Assembly: GCA_951406725.2 (NCBI GenBank)
Contig: OX597826.1
Span: 63,860,001-63,924,000, forward strand
Direction of reading: 5' to 3'
Source of the DNA: Octopus vulgaris
Lineage: Eukaryota
Length of the DNA stretch: 64,000 nt
The notes under the pieces were generated by a model that was not told the origin of the DNA, made no database searches, and saw only the letters and a program-made list of their open reading frames with translations. The translations under genes and the position numbers were made by a program. Shown one piece after another: positions 49,301 through 61,720 of the stretch. The stretch's first letter is position 1. Each line of letters opens with the position of its first letter.

Positions 49301-51939
49301 ATTTCAGAGTTTTTATTTTCCAGATAATATCCATTAAATCTAACCTGTTGCCACTCTTGTCTTGTTTCTCCACTTATCCATTTTGTCAATCCCTTTCCAT
49401 GGTTCTTTGTGTTGATCTTAATTTATTTTTCAATGCTCCAGTTGGTAGTTCATGTTTTTGATGCATATGTAATGGTAGGCAGTACACACTGGTTAAATGC
49501 CTTTCTTTTTAGATACAGGAGCATATTAGTATACCTCCAAAATATGTATACTCTTTTTACTCTTTTACTTGTTTCAGTCATTTGACTGTGGCTATGCTGG
49601 AGCACCGCCTTTAGTCGAGCAAATCGACCCCAGGACTTATTCTTTGTAAACCTAGTACTTATTCTCTTGATCTCTTGTGTTGAACCACTAAGTCACAGTG
49701 CCATAAACACACCAGCATCAGTTGTCAAGTGATGTTGGGGGGATAAACTCAGGCACACAAACATACATACACATATATATACATATACATATATATGACA
49801 GGCTTCTTTCAGTTTCCGTCTACCAAATCCACTCACAAGGCTTTGATCGGCCTGAGGCTATAGTAGAAGACACTTGCCCAAAGTGCCATGCAGTGAGACT
49901 GAACCTGGAACCATGTGGTTGGTAAGCAAGCTACTTACCACACAGCCACTCCTGTGTCTATTTATTAAACTTTTAAAAGAAGTGGGTGACAGTATAACTT
50001 GTTTATGACTTTTTGTTTGTTTTATACTAATAGATCAAAGGAATTTAGGAATGTCAATGAGAGTTGAACGGTCATCACTGGATCAGGTGAAAAAGAGATT
50101 TGAAATGAATAAAAGAAAGCAAGAAGATAAGAAAAAAGAATACGATTTTGAAGAGAGAATGAAAGAATTAAGAGAAGAAGTGAGTATTTTTCTGATGAAG
50201 CATTTCACATTTTACTGTAGATAAATTGATATGTATTGGAACCAGCATGGCTGTATGGTAAGAAATTTTTTTCCCAAGTACATGATTTTGGGTTCAGATC
50301 CACTGCTAGGCACCAAGGGCAAGTGTCTTGTACTATTGCACCAGGCCAACCAAAGCCTTGTAAGTGGATACTGAACAAAGCCCATAGTGTGTTTGTGTAT
50401 GTGTGTGTTAATCTCCTTGTCTCATCAGCACATGATAGTTGTGCATGTCACTATCATGGAAGCCGACATGTCATGACAGTGGACATGCCTTCAGCATGGA
50501 ATGCAAGCAAATAATACCCTCAGTGTGAACAGTGAGGCTGTTGTTTTATAAACTCACCCACACAAACATTTTCACACATACATACATATATATGTTACAT
50601 ACCCGAGATGGTTTCCTTCTTCAGTTTCCATCAAGCAGATTGACTCACAAAGTATGGACTGAAGGCAAGGATTATAGCAGCATTCATCAACTTAATAAGG
50701 AGACCATCTAAAAGAGTTGCAGGAGGTTCCAAAGTCATTTGGAGGTTGTGGTTGAAGTCAATGGCGATTTTATTGAATAAATTTACTCTTTCGTATTTCA
50801 AGATATTTTTATGTAGTTTTGGTAAATATATCTATTAAAATGAGATGTCAGTGTTATTTTCATTTTTATATAATTTAGATGACAATATATTCACCGCACC
50901 CTCATGAAGTGAGTTCATGGCTCGCAGGATGGCCTGCTGTGCTTACCTTGGATCATAGGGCGACCTGCTGTGCTTGAGGAGACCTATTGAGTCAAGTACA
51001 TCAACATCAAAATAAAAATCAAATGGAAATTGTAGTTGTGATACCCGTTGCCGGTGGCATGTAAAAAGCACCATCCGAGTGTGGCTGATGCCAGTGCCGC
51101 CTTGACTGGCATCCATGCCAGTAGCACATAAAAAGCACCAACCAATCATGGCCATTGCCAGCCTCCTCTGGCCCCTGTGCCGGTGGTACATAAAAAGCAC
51201 CCACTACACTCATGGAGTGATTGGCATTAGGAAGGGCATCCAGCTGTAGAAACACTGCCAGATCAGACTGGAGCCTGGTGCAGCCTCCTGGCTTCCCAGA
51301 CTCTGGTTGAACTGTCCAACCCATGCTAGCATGGAAAACAGGTGTTAAACGATGATGATAATGTATAAATTTATATATATTTTACTAAGCCTGTCTAAAA
51401 TTTTGAATCATTGGAAATTAATTGAAAGATTTAGTTTATTTTGTGGCATCTGAGGAGAGACGTTCACATGATGAATGCTAAACACATGCACTGATTCTGT
51501 TCACTTCTTTTATTATAATTAGTCAATTCATTAACAACTAACAAATTAACTAAATCAGTTGTTTTATTAATTGTTTGGGCAATCAATCAATCAACTAGAT
51601 TTGGCAGTGTTCTTTTATTGCCATTCGCAACCTCATCAATGACATGCCTTCTACTCTAGGTCTGCTTCAGATCTGTCTGCCTGTCTATTTGTTAGGCATG
51701 TAATCATGAAAGTGTTAAATTGGAGGTGAAATATCTTCAGTTATTTATTTATTATTTTATTACGTTATAGTGATATATTTGTAATTTTTAAACTATCTTT
51801 TTAGGAAGAAAAACAAAAAGCATATCGTCGAGAACGTAAAAGAGCTGGCAAAAAGAGAGCTGACGAAGATTATGAACCAGGAGATCCTGACATGGCAGCT
51901 GTGATGGGATTTTCAGGATTTGGCACAGGGAAAAAATAA
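37067..51939 (+). CDS. ZMAT2: Zinc finger matrin-type protein 2 (Snu23, spliceosomal B-complex protein), 6 coding exons, ~197 aa
   Basis: Exons 37067-37081, 39006-39158, 41142-41212, 46527-46600, 50034-50179, 51805-51939 total 594 nt, all GT-AG and phase-consistent. Near-identical hallmark sequences [69 protein letters not shown] and [11 protein letters not shown]. Confidence 0.97.
38237..38578 (+). mobile_element. tRNA-derived SINE with 13-bp TSD (related fragment at ~27410-27605)
   Basis: TSD TATGAAATGAAGC at 38224-38236 and 38579-38591; degenerate tRNA-like head. Confidence 0.75.
39006..39158 (+). CDS. ZMAT2: ZMAT2 exon 2 ([18 protein letters not shown]...LLQPRDYR)
   Basis: ttttgctag| ... 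AGG|gtatgg; 153 nt. Confidence 0.95.
39225..39614 (-). mobile_element. SINE family A copy (young, CpG-rich), 66 nt downstream of ZMAT2 exon 2
   Basis: Reverse complement of family A with most CpGs retained. Confidence 0.9.
40485..40534 (-). ncRNA. Minimal type I hammerhead ribozyme, U4C core variant, in a short (TA)n-inserted element (~40386-40555)
   Basis: Minus strand reads CAAAAACTGT-CCGACGA-ACG(GGAA)TGT-GAAA-CTC(A)GAG-TA-ACAGGTTTTG; stems I, II and III all pair; GUA cleavage triplet. Confidence 0.65.
41142..41212 (+). CDS. ZMAT2: ZMAT2 exon 3 ([23 protein letters not shown])
   Basis: ctacatag| ... GG|gtttgt; 71 nt, phase 0-2. Confidence 0.95.
42480..42720 (-). mobile_element. Older RTE-like LINE ORF fragment
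   Basis: HWIGHVLRQ...[19 protein letters not shown] on the minus strand. Confidence 0.7.
44149..44830 (+). mobile_element. Cluster of three SINE family C copies, one (44434-44666) nested in another with a 16-bp TSD; other copies at ~20215-20420(-) and 32420-32865(-)
   Basis: Head GGCGGCGAGCTGGCAGAA...GTTCAAATTCC; TSD GGTATTTCACTCGTTG at 44418-44433 and 44667-44682. Confidence 0.85.
46527..46600 (+). CDS. ZMAT2: ZMAT2 exon 4, matrin-type zinc finger ([24 protein letters not shown])
   Basis: ttattttag| ... C|gtgagt; 74 nt, phase 2-1. Confidence 0.97.
47932..48352 (+). mobile_element. tRNA-derived SINE family A (~400 bp, internal TA/TG microsatellite); copies at ~4435-4838(+), 8205-8583(-), 19256-19653(-), 20507-20965(-), 26201-26596(-), 32011-32394(+), 39225-39614(-), 49552-49956(-), 55340-55670(+) and many fragments
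   Basis: Head GGCGCAGGAGTGGCTGTGTGGTAAG (A box) ... GGTTCAGTCCC (B box-like); conserved body; tail GACTGAAACAAGTAAAAGA. Confidence 0.9.
49200..49530 (-). mobile_element. Older RTE-like LINE ORF fragment
   Basis: [33 protein letters not shown] on the minus strand. Confidence 0.7.
49552..49956 (-). mobile_element. SINE family A copy
   Basis: Reverse complement of family A. Confidence 0.9.
50034..50179 (+). CDS. ZMAT2: ZMAT2 exon 5 ([23 protein letters not shown]...ELREE)
   Basis: ctaatag| ... GAA|gtgagt; 146 nt, phase 1-0. Confidence 0.97.
50690..50902 (+). mobile_element. 3' fragment of a Tc1/mariner-superfamily transposon
   Basis: Translates [22 protein letters not shown], a typical transposase C-terminus, and ends in a TIR-like CCGCACCCT. 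Confidence 0.6.
50907..51362 (+). mobile_element. RTE LINE 3'UTR copy with (GAT)n tail; family members at ~8668-8960(-), 21477-21748(-), 23859-24090(-), 41905-42397(+), 43196-43456(+), 47164-47451(+), 48880-49190(+), 56569-56806(+), 63632-63985(-)
   Basis: Shared GGCACGTAAAAAGCACC repeats, GGTTGGC.TTAGGAAGGGCATCCAGCTGTAGAAAC and CCCATGCTAGCATGGAAA..GGACGTTAAACGATGATGAT. This copy's 5' end matches the sequence after the RTE stop at 54140-54320. Confidence 0.8.
51805..51939 (+). CDS. ZMAT2: ZMAT2 exon 6 ([10 protein letters not shown]...[15 protein letters not shown])
   Basis: ctttttag| ... TAA at 51937-51939. Confidence 0.96.
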   Translation, partial: EEKQKAYRRERKRAGKKRADEDYEPGDPDMAAVMGFSGFGTGKK

Positions 51940-51953
51940 CAATTCATTCATTG

Positions 51954-51990
51954 AATAAAGAGACATTTCGTACAGTTTTTTTTTTTTTTT
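51954..51990 (+). terminator. Candidate proximal ZMAT2 polyadenylation signal (AATAAA plus downstream T-rich tract)
   Basis: AATAAA at 51954-51959, 14 nt after the stop, followed by a T run at about 51976-51990. Confidence 0.5.
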
Positions 51991-52726
51991 AAAAAAGGAA
52001 AAAGAAAACAAAAATTCACATCAATTCACAACAATTCATCAGTCTTAAAGAAATTTAACTGTAATTGACTCTAGGGAACCTTAACCATCCAGGAGGTTTG
52101 CGGTACAAACAGTAGCACAGAATGTTGGAGTGGAGGGTCATCCAAGTGTCCTGCCCAAGATACAGCCTGGCCTTCTTGGAGTGTAAAGAATTTAGGGCTG
52201 AAACACTTGCATGAGTAGGGTCTTCTCTGCAGACTTTCTGCTGTTTAACTCTCCTAAGAGGTTCTTCCTACCTAATTAGATTTCAGTAAAATTTGCAGTT
52301 TCAAAATTTCCAAGTGGTTTTAAATGTAAACATGTTGAACCTCACATCACTCTCGGTCAAGCTGACTTATGATTAAAGGCATTCCAGCCCCGTGTTCAAC
52401 CAATCTTTTTAAGGGTATGTTGGATAACATTATCCAATGGGTGCTTAATAATTGGAGATTAGTTTGTATATACTGTGAACAATCATTGTGAAATTTATAA
52501 ATATTTTTTCAATTCAGGAATTTGATTTTGGCTTTTTCCTTTTTTTTTTTCCTTTCCACTTGACCAAAATTTGGTGTTTTCATTAGAGATGAATGCCAGA
52601 GCAAGAACTGCAAACTTTTATAAAAATAAGTTTCATGACATCATATTGGTGTGGGATTGAAAAAGAAATCATGTTCCACTTGAAATATATATACATGTAT
52701 GTGTGTGTGTGTGTGCATGTATACAT

Positions 52727-52775
<49 letters not shown>

Positions 52776-53859
52776 TACATACATACATACATACATACAT
52801 ACATACATACATGTTCTTTCATCATATACTGTAATGATCATTTTCGTTCTTGTACCAGAATTATATTATATCCTTTATCTTCATTTTTCATTTATTATTA
52901 CAATAACGTTTTTGTTTAAGAATCATCTTTTGTTATTTCTGTTATTTTTCCATATTTAGATCTCACCATAGTTAACTATACTTTTCAATCAGAATTTCCA
53001 AATGGTTGCAAACACAAGCATATGTTGTTGTTGTTATTGTTGTTTTATCCCAGGTCAGCCTTGACTAGTACTTACGTCATTGACCCTTTTAAGAGGTCAA
53101 TAAAATAAGTACTGGTCAAATCTGTGCCTTTCCATAAAATTAAAAATTACCTTTCACAATGTATTTATATTAAGTATGATGCACAATGGCTGTTTAAATC
53201 TAATGCTGTTTCTGTTGCATATAACAGTTTTTTTTCTTTCACTGGGCAACTATTCACAGCACCAGTGATTGTTTATTCATTATTTTCCTATAAATCAGTG
53301 GCAACCAATTTTGTCTAAGCTTGTGGTTGGCTGTTAGTACATACTATTGACAATGCCCATTCGAAGCAGAAAAACATCTAGTATTCTCATAACCTGGTGC
53401 TTGGACAATTTTCATCTACTTCCAATATAAATTGTGTTTTTAAACACAATGTATATTGGTGTGTAGCTTAGTGGTTAGGGTATTCAGTTCTTGATCGTAA
53501 GATCATGAGTTCAATTTCTGGTAGCACATGGTGTTGTTGAATAAGGCATTTTATTACTCATTGCTCCAGTCCACTCAGCTGGCAAAAACGAGTTGTACCT
53601 GTAATCCAAAGGGCCAGCTTTGTCACATTCTGTGTCACACTGAATCTCCCTGATTCTAGTTTAAGGGTGTGCATGTCTGTGGAGTGCTCAGACACTTGCA
53701 TGTTAATTTCACAAGCAAGCTGTTCTGTTGATCAGATCAACTGGAACCCTCGTCGTCATAACCAACAGACTGCCAGTTTATATGAATTTATATATAGTAA
53801 ATTTGCAATTCACAGTGCATTTACATTAAGTGTAATGTCAGTGTGCACACATGACAGAG

Positions 53860-54320
53860 TGTAAGTGCCCTGAGAGAAATGTTGGACATAAGAAGCATTG
53901 GATGTGGCGTGCAAGAGAGACGTTTGTGCTGGTATGGTCATATACTACGGATGGATGAGGAGAGATGTATGAAGAAGTGCCACTCCCAAACAGTTGAAGG
54001 AATCCGGGGTAGAGGTAGACCCAGGAAGACATGGGATGAGGTGGTCAAGCATGACCTTTGAACGTTGGGCCTCACAGAGGCAATGATGAAAGACAGAGAC
54101 CTTTGGAGATATGCTGTGACTGCGAAGACCCGACAAATAAAGTGAGTTCATGGTTGTATCCTACACCAGCTTCACATAACCAGCCCCAGCCCATTCAAAG
54201 TAGTTTGGATTGCAGGATGGCCTGCTGTGCCTAACTTGGATCATAGAGTGAGCTGCTGTGCTTGAGGAGACCTATTGAGTCAAGTACATCAACATCAAAA
54301 TAAGTCAAATGGAAGTTGTA
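53860..54320 (+). mobile_element. RTE-clade LINE 3' fragment (ORF C-terminus plus start of 3'UTR)
   Basis: RRLCWYGHILRMDEER...GIRGRGRPRKTWDEVVKHDL*TLGL...DRDLWRYAV, the classic RTE C-terminus; stop at 54143-54145. Confidence 0.88.
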
Positions 54321-55874
54321 CATACAGGTCAATGTGTGTGTTTGTGTCTCCTTTTGTTGACCCAGGGTTATAGCAGAAGATACTTGCCTAAGGTACCATG
54401 CAGTAGGACTAAACTCAAGACAACATGGTTGGAAACCAAGCTTCCTAACCACACAGATGCACCTGTGGATTATAACCAAAAAGCTCAGAGATTATTGACA
54501 ATTTGATTTTCTGATAAATGTATCCCATAATCCATGTATAAAAGTTTCATCTTCAGTCTGGTAAAAAGCATCATATTCAAACTGATAGCTGTGGAAAGTT
54601 TTCATAATGACACTGCAAGCTAACATAATCACTTGTGAATTATATAATTGTTTTAACATCCACTTCTCTAGGTTTGCATGGATCAGATGGGTTTATTAAA
54701 GCAAATTCTCCTCCCATCACCAATCCCCACCTGTTTCCAAACAAGGCAATATTTTTCTATGGCCAGACATGTTCTAACTGAATATTGAAAATGAATTACA
54801 TTGCCTGTATGACAGAGACAACCATCTTACAACTAAAAGTGTGATGTCAATACACACCTACAAGTATACACACACACAGAGCAGGCCTCTTAAAATTTCT
54901 ATCACATCCACTCATAAGATTTTGGTTGGCCTGGAGCTATAGTAGAAGACATGCCCTAGGGGCCACACAACGGGACTGAAGCCATGTGCTTGGGAAGAAA
55001 ACTTCATAACTGCACAGCCACATCTATACTATTACTTGTTTATATAGAACTGCAGCTGCTCCTAATATCTCTTTCCTGTTAGATGACTTGGACATTGATC
55101 ATGAACCACAAACATATTGGTTTCTAGTCAAACAACCAACTGACTTGACCAGCTTTGGCAGTTGTTGAAGCTACTTCTTAATATTAGTCCAAAGGGTATT
55201 TTGTGTAAATAATTTAACTGAATTGCAGAAAGACTTGAACAACAAACTGAATACATGTATATTTGTGATGAGATTAAGATTAAAGATTATGAAACCTTGA
55301 AGCAAGTGATTTGTATAACTGGGTTGCACAAACGGCAACCACTTGGTTTCATATTCAGTCCCACTGCATGGTACTTTGGGGCAAATATCTCCTGCTGTAA
55401 CTTCACGCCAAACAATGCCTTGTGAGTAAATTTGGTAAACAGAAACTGTGCGGAAGCCCAACACACACACATATATAATGTGAGTGTGTATGTATATGTC
55501 TGTCTGATCCCACCCACCACTTGACAACTGGAATTGGTTTGTTTATGTCCATTATAACTTAATGGTTTGGCACAGGAGACTAATAGAATAAATACCAGAC
55601 TTAAAATAAGAAAGTACTGGAGTTGATTTGGTTGACTAAAACCCTTCAAAGATGTGCCCTAGCATGTCAGATCACCTATAGATACATTTAATTTTAGACT
55701 AAATTTGCAGGGACAAGGATGATACTACAGTCGTGATTTGCCCATCATCATCATCATTTAAAGTCCATTGTCTATGCTGGCATTGATTGGACAGTTTCAT
55801 TGAGTCAGACCAGCCACAGAACACTGCATCAGGCCTCAATGTCAGCTTTGACTTGTTTTCTACAGCAGGATGTT

Positions 55875-56009
55875 CCAACATTAGTGAGATTGTCAAGTAA
55901 CTTACGAAACGAAGGAAAAAGCCAACCTCAGCCCCACTCCCAACATTAGTGAGATTGTCAAGTAACTTACGAAACGAAGGAAAAAGCCAACCTCAGCCCC
56001 ACTCCCAAC
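55875..56009. repeat. Perfect 65-bp tandem duplication
   Basis: 55875-55939 equals 55940-56004, with CCAAC repeated a third time at 56005-56009. Confidence 0.95.
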
Positions 56010-59000
56010 TGAGAGGGAATGTATTTGAAAGAAGTGACTTTATGCCAAGTGTTGAAGGTTAACGTATGATAGAGGGACAAGCAAAGGTGTCTAAATAATA
56101 GAGGCTACCTCACATTATGTGAGGGTGGGTGAGACTAACTGGAAGGGAGATAAAGATGGTGGTGACAGTGCTAGAACATACCCTCAATGTACAAAAAAGC
56201 TGAGTATAAGGAAGAATATAGACTGGATCAGGAATGAAGAAAATAGTGGGTAATTTCATAAGTGTGGGAGGATAGTGACAATTGGTTAGAGATTAAGCTA
56301 GAGGTGGATGTAGTGAGTCATAAAAAAGGTTGGTGTGATTTTATTATATTAGCAAAAGCTGAAATATATTAGTAGTGAAGAGAATATAGTTGACTAAAGC
56401 AATACTATTTATCATATGTCTGGTACTTACTGTATTGCTATCACAGGGAATAAAAGCAATGTTGCCACTCTACTGGGATTGAGCAGAAGAAATGAGGTGG
56501 GAGACTAAGTTTTGTAAGCATTTAAGTATGGCAATGTATTGCTTCTGCAATAATGATTTTTTATATTGAAGCACCATCCAATCGTGGCCGTTGCCAGCCT
56601 CGTTTGGCACTTGTGCTGGTGGGACGTAAAAAGCACCCGCTATACTCACGGAGTGGTTGTTGTTAGGAAGGGCATTCACCTGTAGAAACACTGCCAGTTC
56701 AGACTGGGCCTGGTGCAGCCTTCTGGCTTCCCAGACCCCAGTTGAGCTATCCAACCCATGCTAGCATGGAAAAACAGACGTTAAACGGTGATGATGATGA
56801 TGATGACACATGGGGGGGGGGTTTATCTTAGAGGAAATGTGCCATGAAAATGCACTTGGTACACTGTGAAGTGATTGGTATTAGGAAAAGTATTTAGACA
56901 TAGAAGTTATACCAAAGAAGATATCGGTGTGTGACACTAACCATCAAACCATCCAACTCATGATAGCATGGAAACTGGATGTGGTATGATGAGGAAATCA
57001 GAGGAAGCCTTATTGATGTGCTGTGTTCATTAGTCAGTAGTAAAAAGCTACCCGATAGAAGACAATGACTTGGGTGGGGGGAATAGCAAGGACAGGCTTC
57101 AGATTGAAGTATGTTGATATAATGACAAGTAATATATTCAAATATTTTAATCACAGTTTAGACTTGCATGGAAAACAAAGTTAATACTTGTTTGAAGCCA
57201 GTTAATGAATATCCTTTAAGCTGAAGAGAGCAAAAATGACCATCACAATGTCTCCACATAAAATACAAGAGTAAGGGATATAATGAAATCTTTTGTGAAT
57301 TTCACTAGCTTTTTCATAAATTCATAAGAGGAAAACACATATTCACATTATTGTGCTTCCAAGTACTTATATCAAACTTACAAAATGTCCAGAATATTTC
57401 TTGTCTAGGAGGAAGCGATAGCTTTGAATAATATTTAGTGGTTGTTGTTCAGCCCTGATCAAGAACACATATGATCGAATGTGTTCCAGCCTTTCCAGAC
57501 TACCTTGTCTTTCTGTATATTCCTGGGTATGTCCAATCTAACCTTTTAAGACAGTAGGTGTAATTTGAGATACATCTGACTGTAATTTCTAGTAGACTGA
57601 GAGACCACATAGAGGCTCCCTCATTGGCTTTATTCTTACAAGACTGATAAAAATGTTTTTCATAGTTGTTCCAGATTGCTTTCTTTAAATTATTTCAAAC
57701 ATTCAGCTTATTTTATTTTAGACATCAAGAGTCAGTTTCTAAGCAAGATCATTCTTTCAATGATAAATGACAATTGCAATTAGATTTCTATTTGACTGAA
57801 AGAATATTTATACAAGTCTAATAACTTAATACATGCTTCATTACAACTGACAGGCATAAGTTACTTCTTGTGAATTGACTTTGTGATCTGTCTAGATTTA
57901 TTGATGTAATATAGTCAATGTTGGGAGGTTTATAGAGAGTGTCACAATGTTCTTTCTGCTTCTCATTTGCAGCTGCTTGAAACCTTAATCTATATTGAGT
58001 TTCTAAAATTACCAAACAATTTTTTTTTTCTTTATGAGACAATTTCCTTTAATGTTATACAGAAGTAAATTGCTTTTTCCATATTGACAGGGAGAATAAT
58101 ACCAGTATCCTGAAAATGTTAACATGTGATAGCATTGAATTTCTATGGCTAAGTTTTATCTTCAGATTTCAGCAAGACTTGCCAATGTAAAAAGGAAAAA
58201 AAAATGCAAGTATAATATACAGAGTTAATTTAGAGTAAAGTAACTTAGTATTAACATGGAAAACAAATACTGTTTCTAAGGTGGCTTAAATTAAACTAGT
58301 CATACAAGTTCTTCACTAATGACCAGGTGTTGCAAACTAATATGAACACCACTTGTTAGCCTAAGTGAACCAGGCCTGTTTTCATTATATATTGAAAAGT
58401 TTACCATACAGTTTGATTTTTTTTTAAAACAACTTTCCAGCCTTTTTCAGGTATTCCATTAACCTTCTGCTGAATTTTGCACTCAATATTTATTGATGTA
58501 ACTTGTATTCATAGCTAGTTAGGATAATGAGCCAGACACTTACCACATTGTATAGATTTAAGCAACAACTTGTTCATAAAATCTGAATGTCTTATAGAGG
58601 AAGAGGAAGCAGATAATGATGATGATGATGCTGATGATGATGATTATAGCTATTGTAATTATCAAGCACAAATGGTTTGGGTTATTTTTCTTTCTTTCAC
58701 TTTCTCATAATGACATGGCTTTAGAGATGTCAATTCTACATGTTTTTGACAAACATTGAAGCAGTTATATATATATTTATATACTGCATGAAATCAAAAT
58801 TAGATTCTGCTTTGACAATAAACATTTTGCTTCAGTTATGAATTAAAAGAAAGACGACACCTTCAATAAACCAATGCGATAAATTTTCAAAATAACACAA
58901 AAGGAACATTACTGACATAAACAGTTTGAAAAGCATTTTTGACATGAAAAACAAATCCAAACTTGTTTTGGTACTTTTAGCCCTTTCCAGATAGAAACAT

Positions 59001-59384
59001 TTGAGACAACTTCAGCTGTGCACTAGTTTTTAAAAACAATATAGGCCAAACACACTAATAATTTTAGTTCAAATATCTTAAATTTATTCAGTTGTACTTC
59101 CCTAGCTATGTTGTGACAGCTTTTCTTTTAGACTTGCTTTACAAAAGATCAATACTGTTATTAGCTTTTACTGTATGCAGCAATTCACAACAAAAGGACA
59201 AATGTATAGTCATTGTACTCATGAAAGTAATAAAAGAGGAAAAAGGAAGTTCTTGTCCATTAAGCTCTACTATATGCGCTCTTTAAACACACACAGATTT
59301 TATATTTTACCGAGTATTCATAAAGATGAAAATAATGCAAAAGAAATTATAAAAGATATGATCATGTTGGCACTATATATATAT

Positions 59385-59431
<47 letters not shown>

Positions 59432-59613
59432 AACTGATAAAGGTTGAGAGACTTCTTGATTATGTATAACAGATTATAGTGTTGGTGTCATTATAAATGC
59501 ACTCAATGCCCTTTTTAATGATCAAGACATGAAGGTAAAAAACATGTACATCTGCAAAATAATAGACCAAACATTTCAAGAACAATGATGACAATGAGGA
59601 TGGTGGGGGTGTA

Positions 59614-61720
59614 ATGTGCGGATGGGCATACTTCAGAACATCCTGAACTCAATATGGATAGCATATGCAGCATCAGTACCATGTAAGCACGGCAAACATC
59701 CCAAAGGGCAATTTGGGAGACTGCAGCAGTCAGACTTGCCAGAAAGGAATGTCATAATGCTGAACGGCAATACTAACTGCATAAATCAGATACAAATAGG
59801 AAAAAGCACAATAGATCATCCAACCATCTGAAGCAGGTGACAAAAAGGGCAGTGCTTGAATTTGAGCATCGCATAGTAACCAACCCTGACAGTAAGGTGT
59901 TCTGGAAATATGTACATTCAAAGCAGAGACTTCACTCTCCGGTTGGTTCTCTTTACAATCTCCACACAAACCGGATTACTGATGATCCCAAAGAATGTGC
60001 AGAACTCATTGCTGAATGCTATTCAGGCATTTTTACTGTTGTAAACCAAAACTTACTATCTCCATCACCAAATTCCGTAACTATGGAATTTACACCTGCA
60101 ATGCTGCGTTGTCACCTTAAGAATAAGTGCAACTATGCTTCTCCTGGTCTTGGTGTTACATACCTGCTTCTCAAATGTGTTGTGTACTTTCTTCTGCACC
60201 AGCTTTCACTCTTTCAGTTCTGTCTTACAGTGCTACTCCAGAGCAGTGGAAAACTTCCAGTGTCATTCCTCTGTTCAGAAAGGGTGGTAGCGTGTCACCT
60301 GTCAACTATCGTCCAGTCTATCTTACTAGCTGCATCGCCAAACTGAAGGAATCCTGTGTCAGAGACACACTCTGGAACTTCTGGAATTCTCACAGCTTTA
60401 TCTGGCCCTCACAATTTGGATTTAACTTCAGCTGCTGTAATCAACTTATCAAGTTTCTTGAAGAAATCACCCGCATCACTGATGGTGGTTCATGGGTGGA
60501 TGTTGTTTACCTTGACTTTGCTAAAGATTTTAATTCTGTGCCACACAAAAGACTTAAGGAAAATCTCTTTGCAATGGGTGTGAAAGATGATTTTTTTAAC
60601 AAGTACTTCATTCTCAGCCAAAAAAAGGTAGTCACAGTTCTAGGACAGCATTCTTCATCCTATGTCATCTGATGTACCGCAGAGATCTGTTCTTGGTCCC
60701 CTTTTGTTTATTGTATACATTAATGACATCTTGAAGAATGCCACAGTGCTGAAATATACAGATAACATCAAGCTGTACCTCGAGATAAAAAGGACAGATC
60801 CGAACACTCTAGATTATTTCTGCAATCAGACCTGGATAAAATGCAACAATGGATCATGGACTGACAACTCAAGCTGGCTGTGGACAAGTGTACCACCATG
60901 CATTTTGTGAGGAAAAACCCAGCATCCACATACTCTCTCCACAACACTAATATCAAGAATTCTTCTTGTGAACATGACCTGGGAATTACTGTCAGCAGCA
61001 ATTTGTGCTGGACAAAGCACATCTCTAAAATAGTCAAGAATGCTGAGGGGGTTTTGATATCATTCAGAAAGACCTTTGTCAGCCACTCTCCAGCTATCCA
61101 TTTAAGACTGTATAGGGCTATGGTGCAGCCACACTTAGAATTTGCATCACCAGTCTGGAACCCCTATCTTGCTCAGGACATTGACCTCCTGGAAACTGTT
61201 CAGAGATGTGCAACCAAGCAAATACCCTCCATCAGGCATCTACCATACTCTGAATGCCTTGCTTCCCTGGGCATAGATACATTAAAACTCTGATGTCTAG
61301 CAACTGACTTGGTAAACACCCACAAAATTATTAACCATTGTTCCAACAACCACCTTGAGCACCTTTTTCAGCTCCATATGTCTAACACATGTGGGCATGC
61401 CTATAAAGTCAGAAAACAGCACGGTTCCCATGACTTTTTGGAAACATTTTTTCAAACTCAGAGTTGCTGAAGCATGGAACAAACTACTTGCATCAGTTGT
61501 TAGTTGCCAAGACATTGCATCCTTTAAAACCTCCAGGCTTCCTGAAATTCACCAACACTACACCTGATATCCCCACCTCCATACGCATGCACACATACCA
61601 TGATTCAAACACTGTTAACATTCCTGACTTTTGTACATAATTCTATGTACTATGCATGCACATTGGCTGAGTTGTTGTGCACCTGAGCACTGTACACAAT
61701 AATTTCATTATTTTTATTAT
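59614..61720 (+). mobile_element. 5'-truncated, frameshifted CR1-clade LINE (RT-containing ORF2 pseudogene plus 3'UTR)
   Basis: ORF pieces FWKYV, WKTSSVIPLFRKG..NYRPVYLTS, QFGF, VDVVYLDFAK.F.SVPH, VPQRSVLGPLLF.VYIND, YTDNIKL, DLGITV, LYRAMVQPHLEFASPVWNP. The 3' tail GTGCACCTGAGCACTGT...(ATT)n also occurs alone at ~40140-40240 and ~14418-14465. Confidence 0.92.

Noticed and set aside
57818-58042. 74-aa minus-strand ORF in repeat-poor DNA
   Set aside because: No recognisable homology or convincing splice sites.
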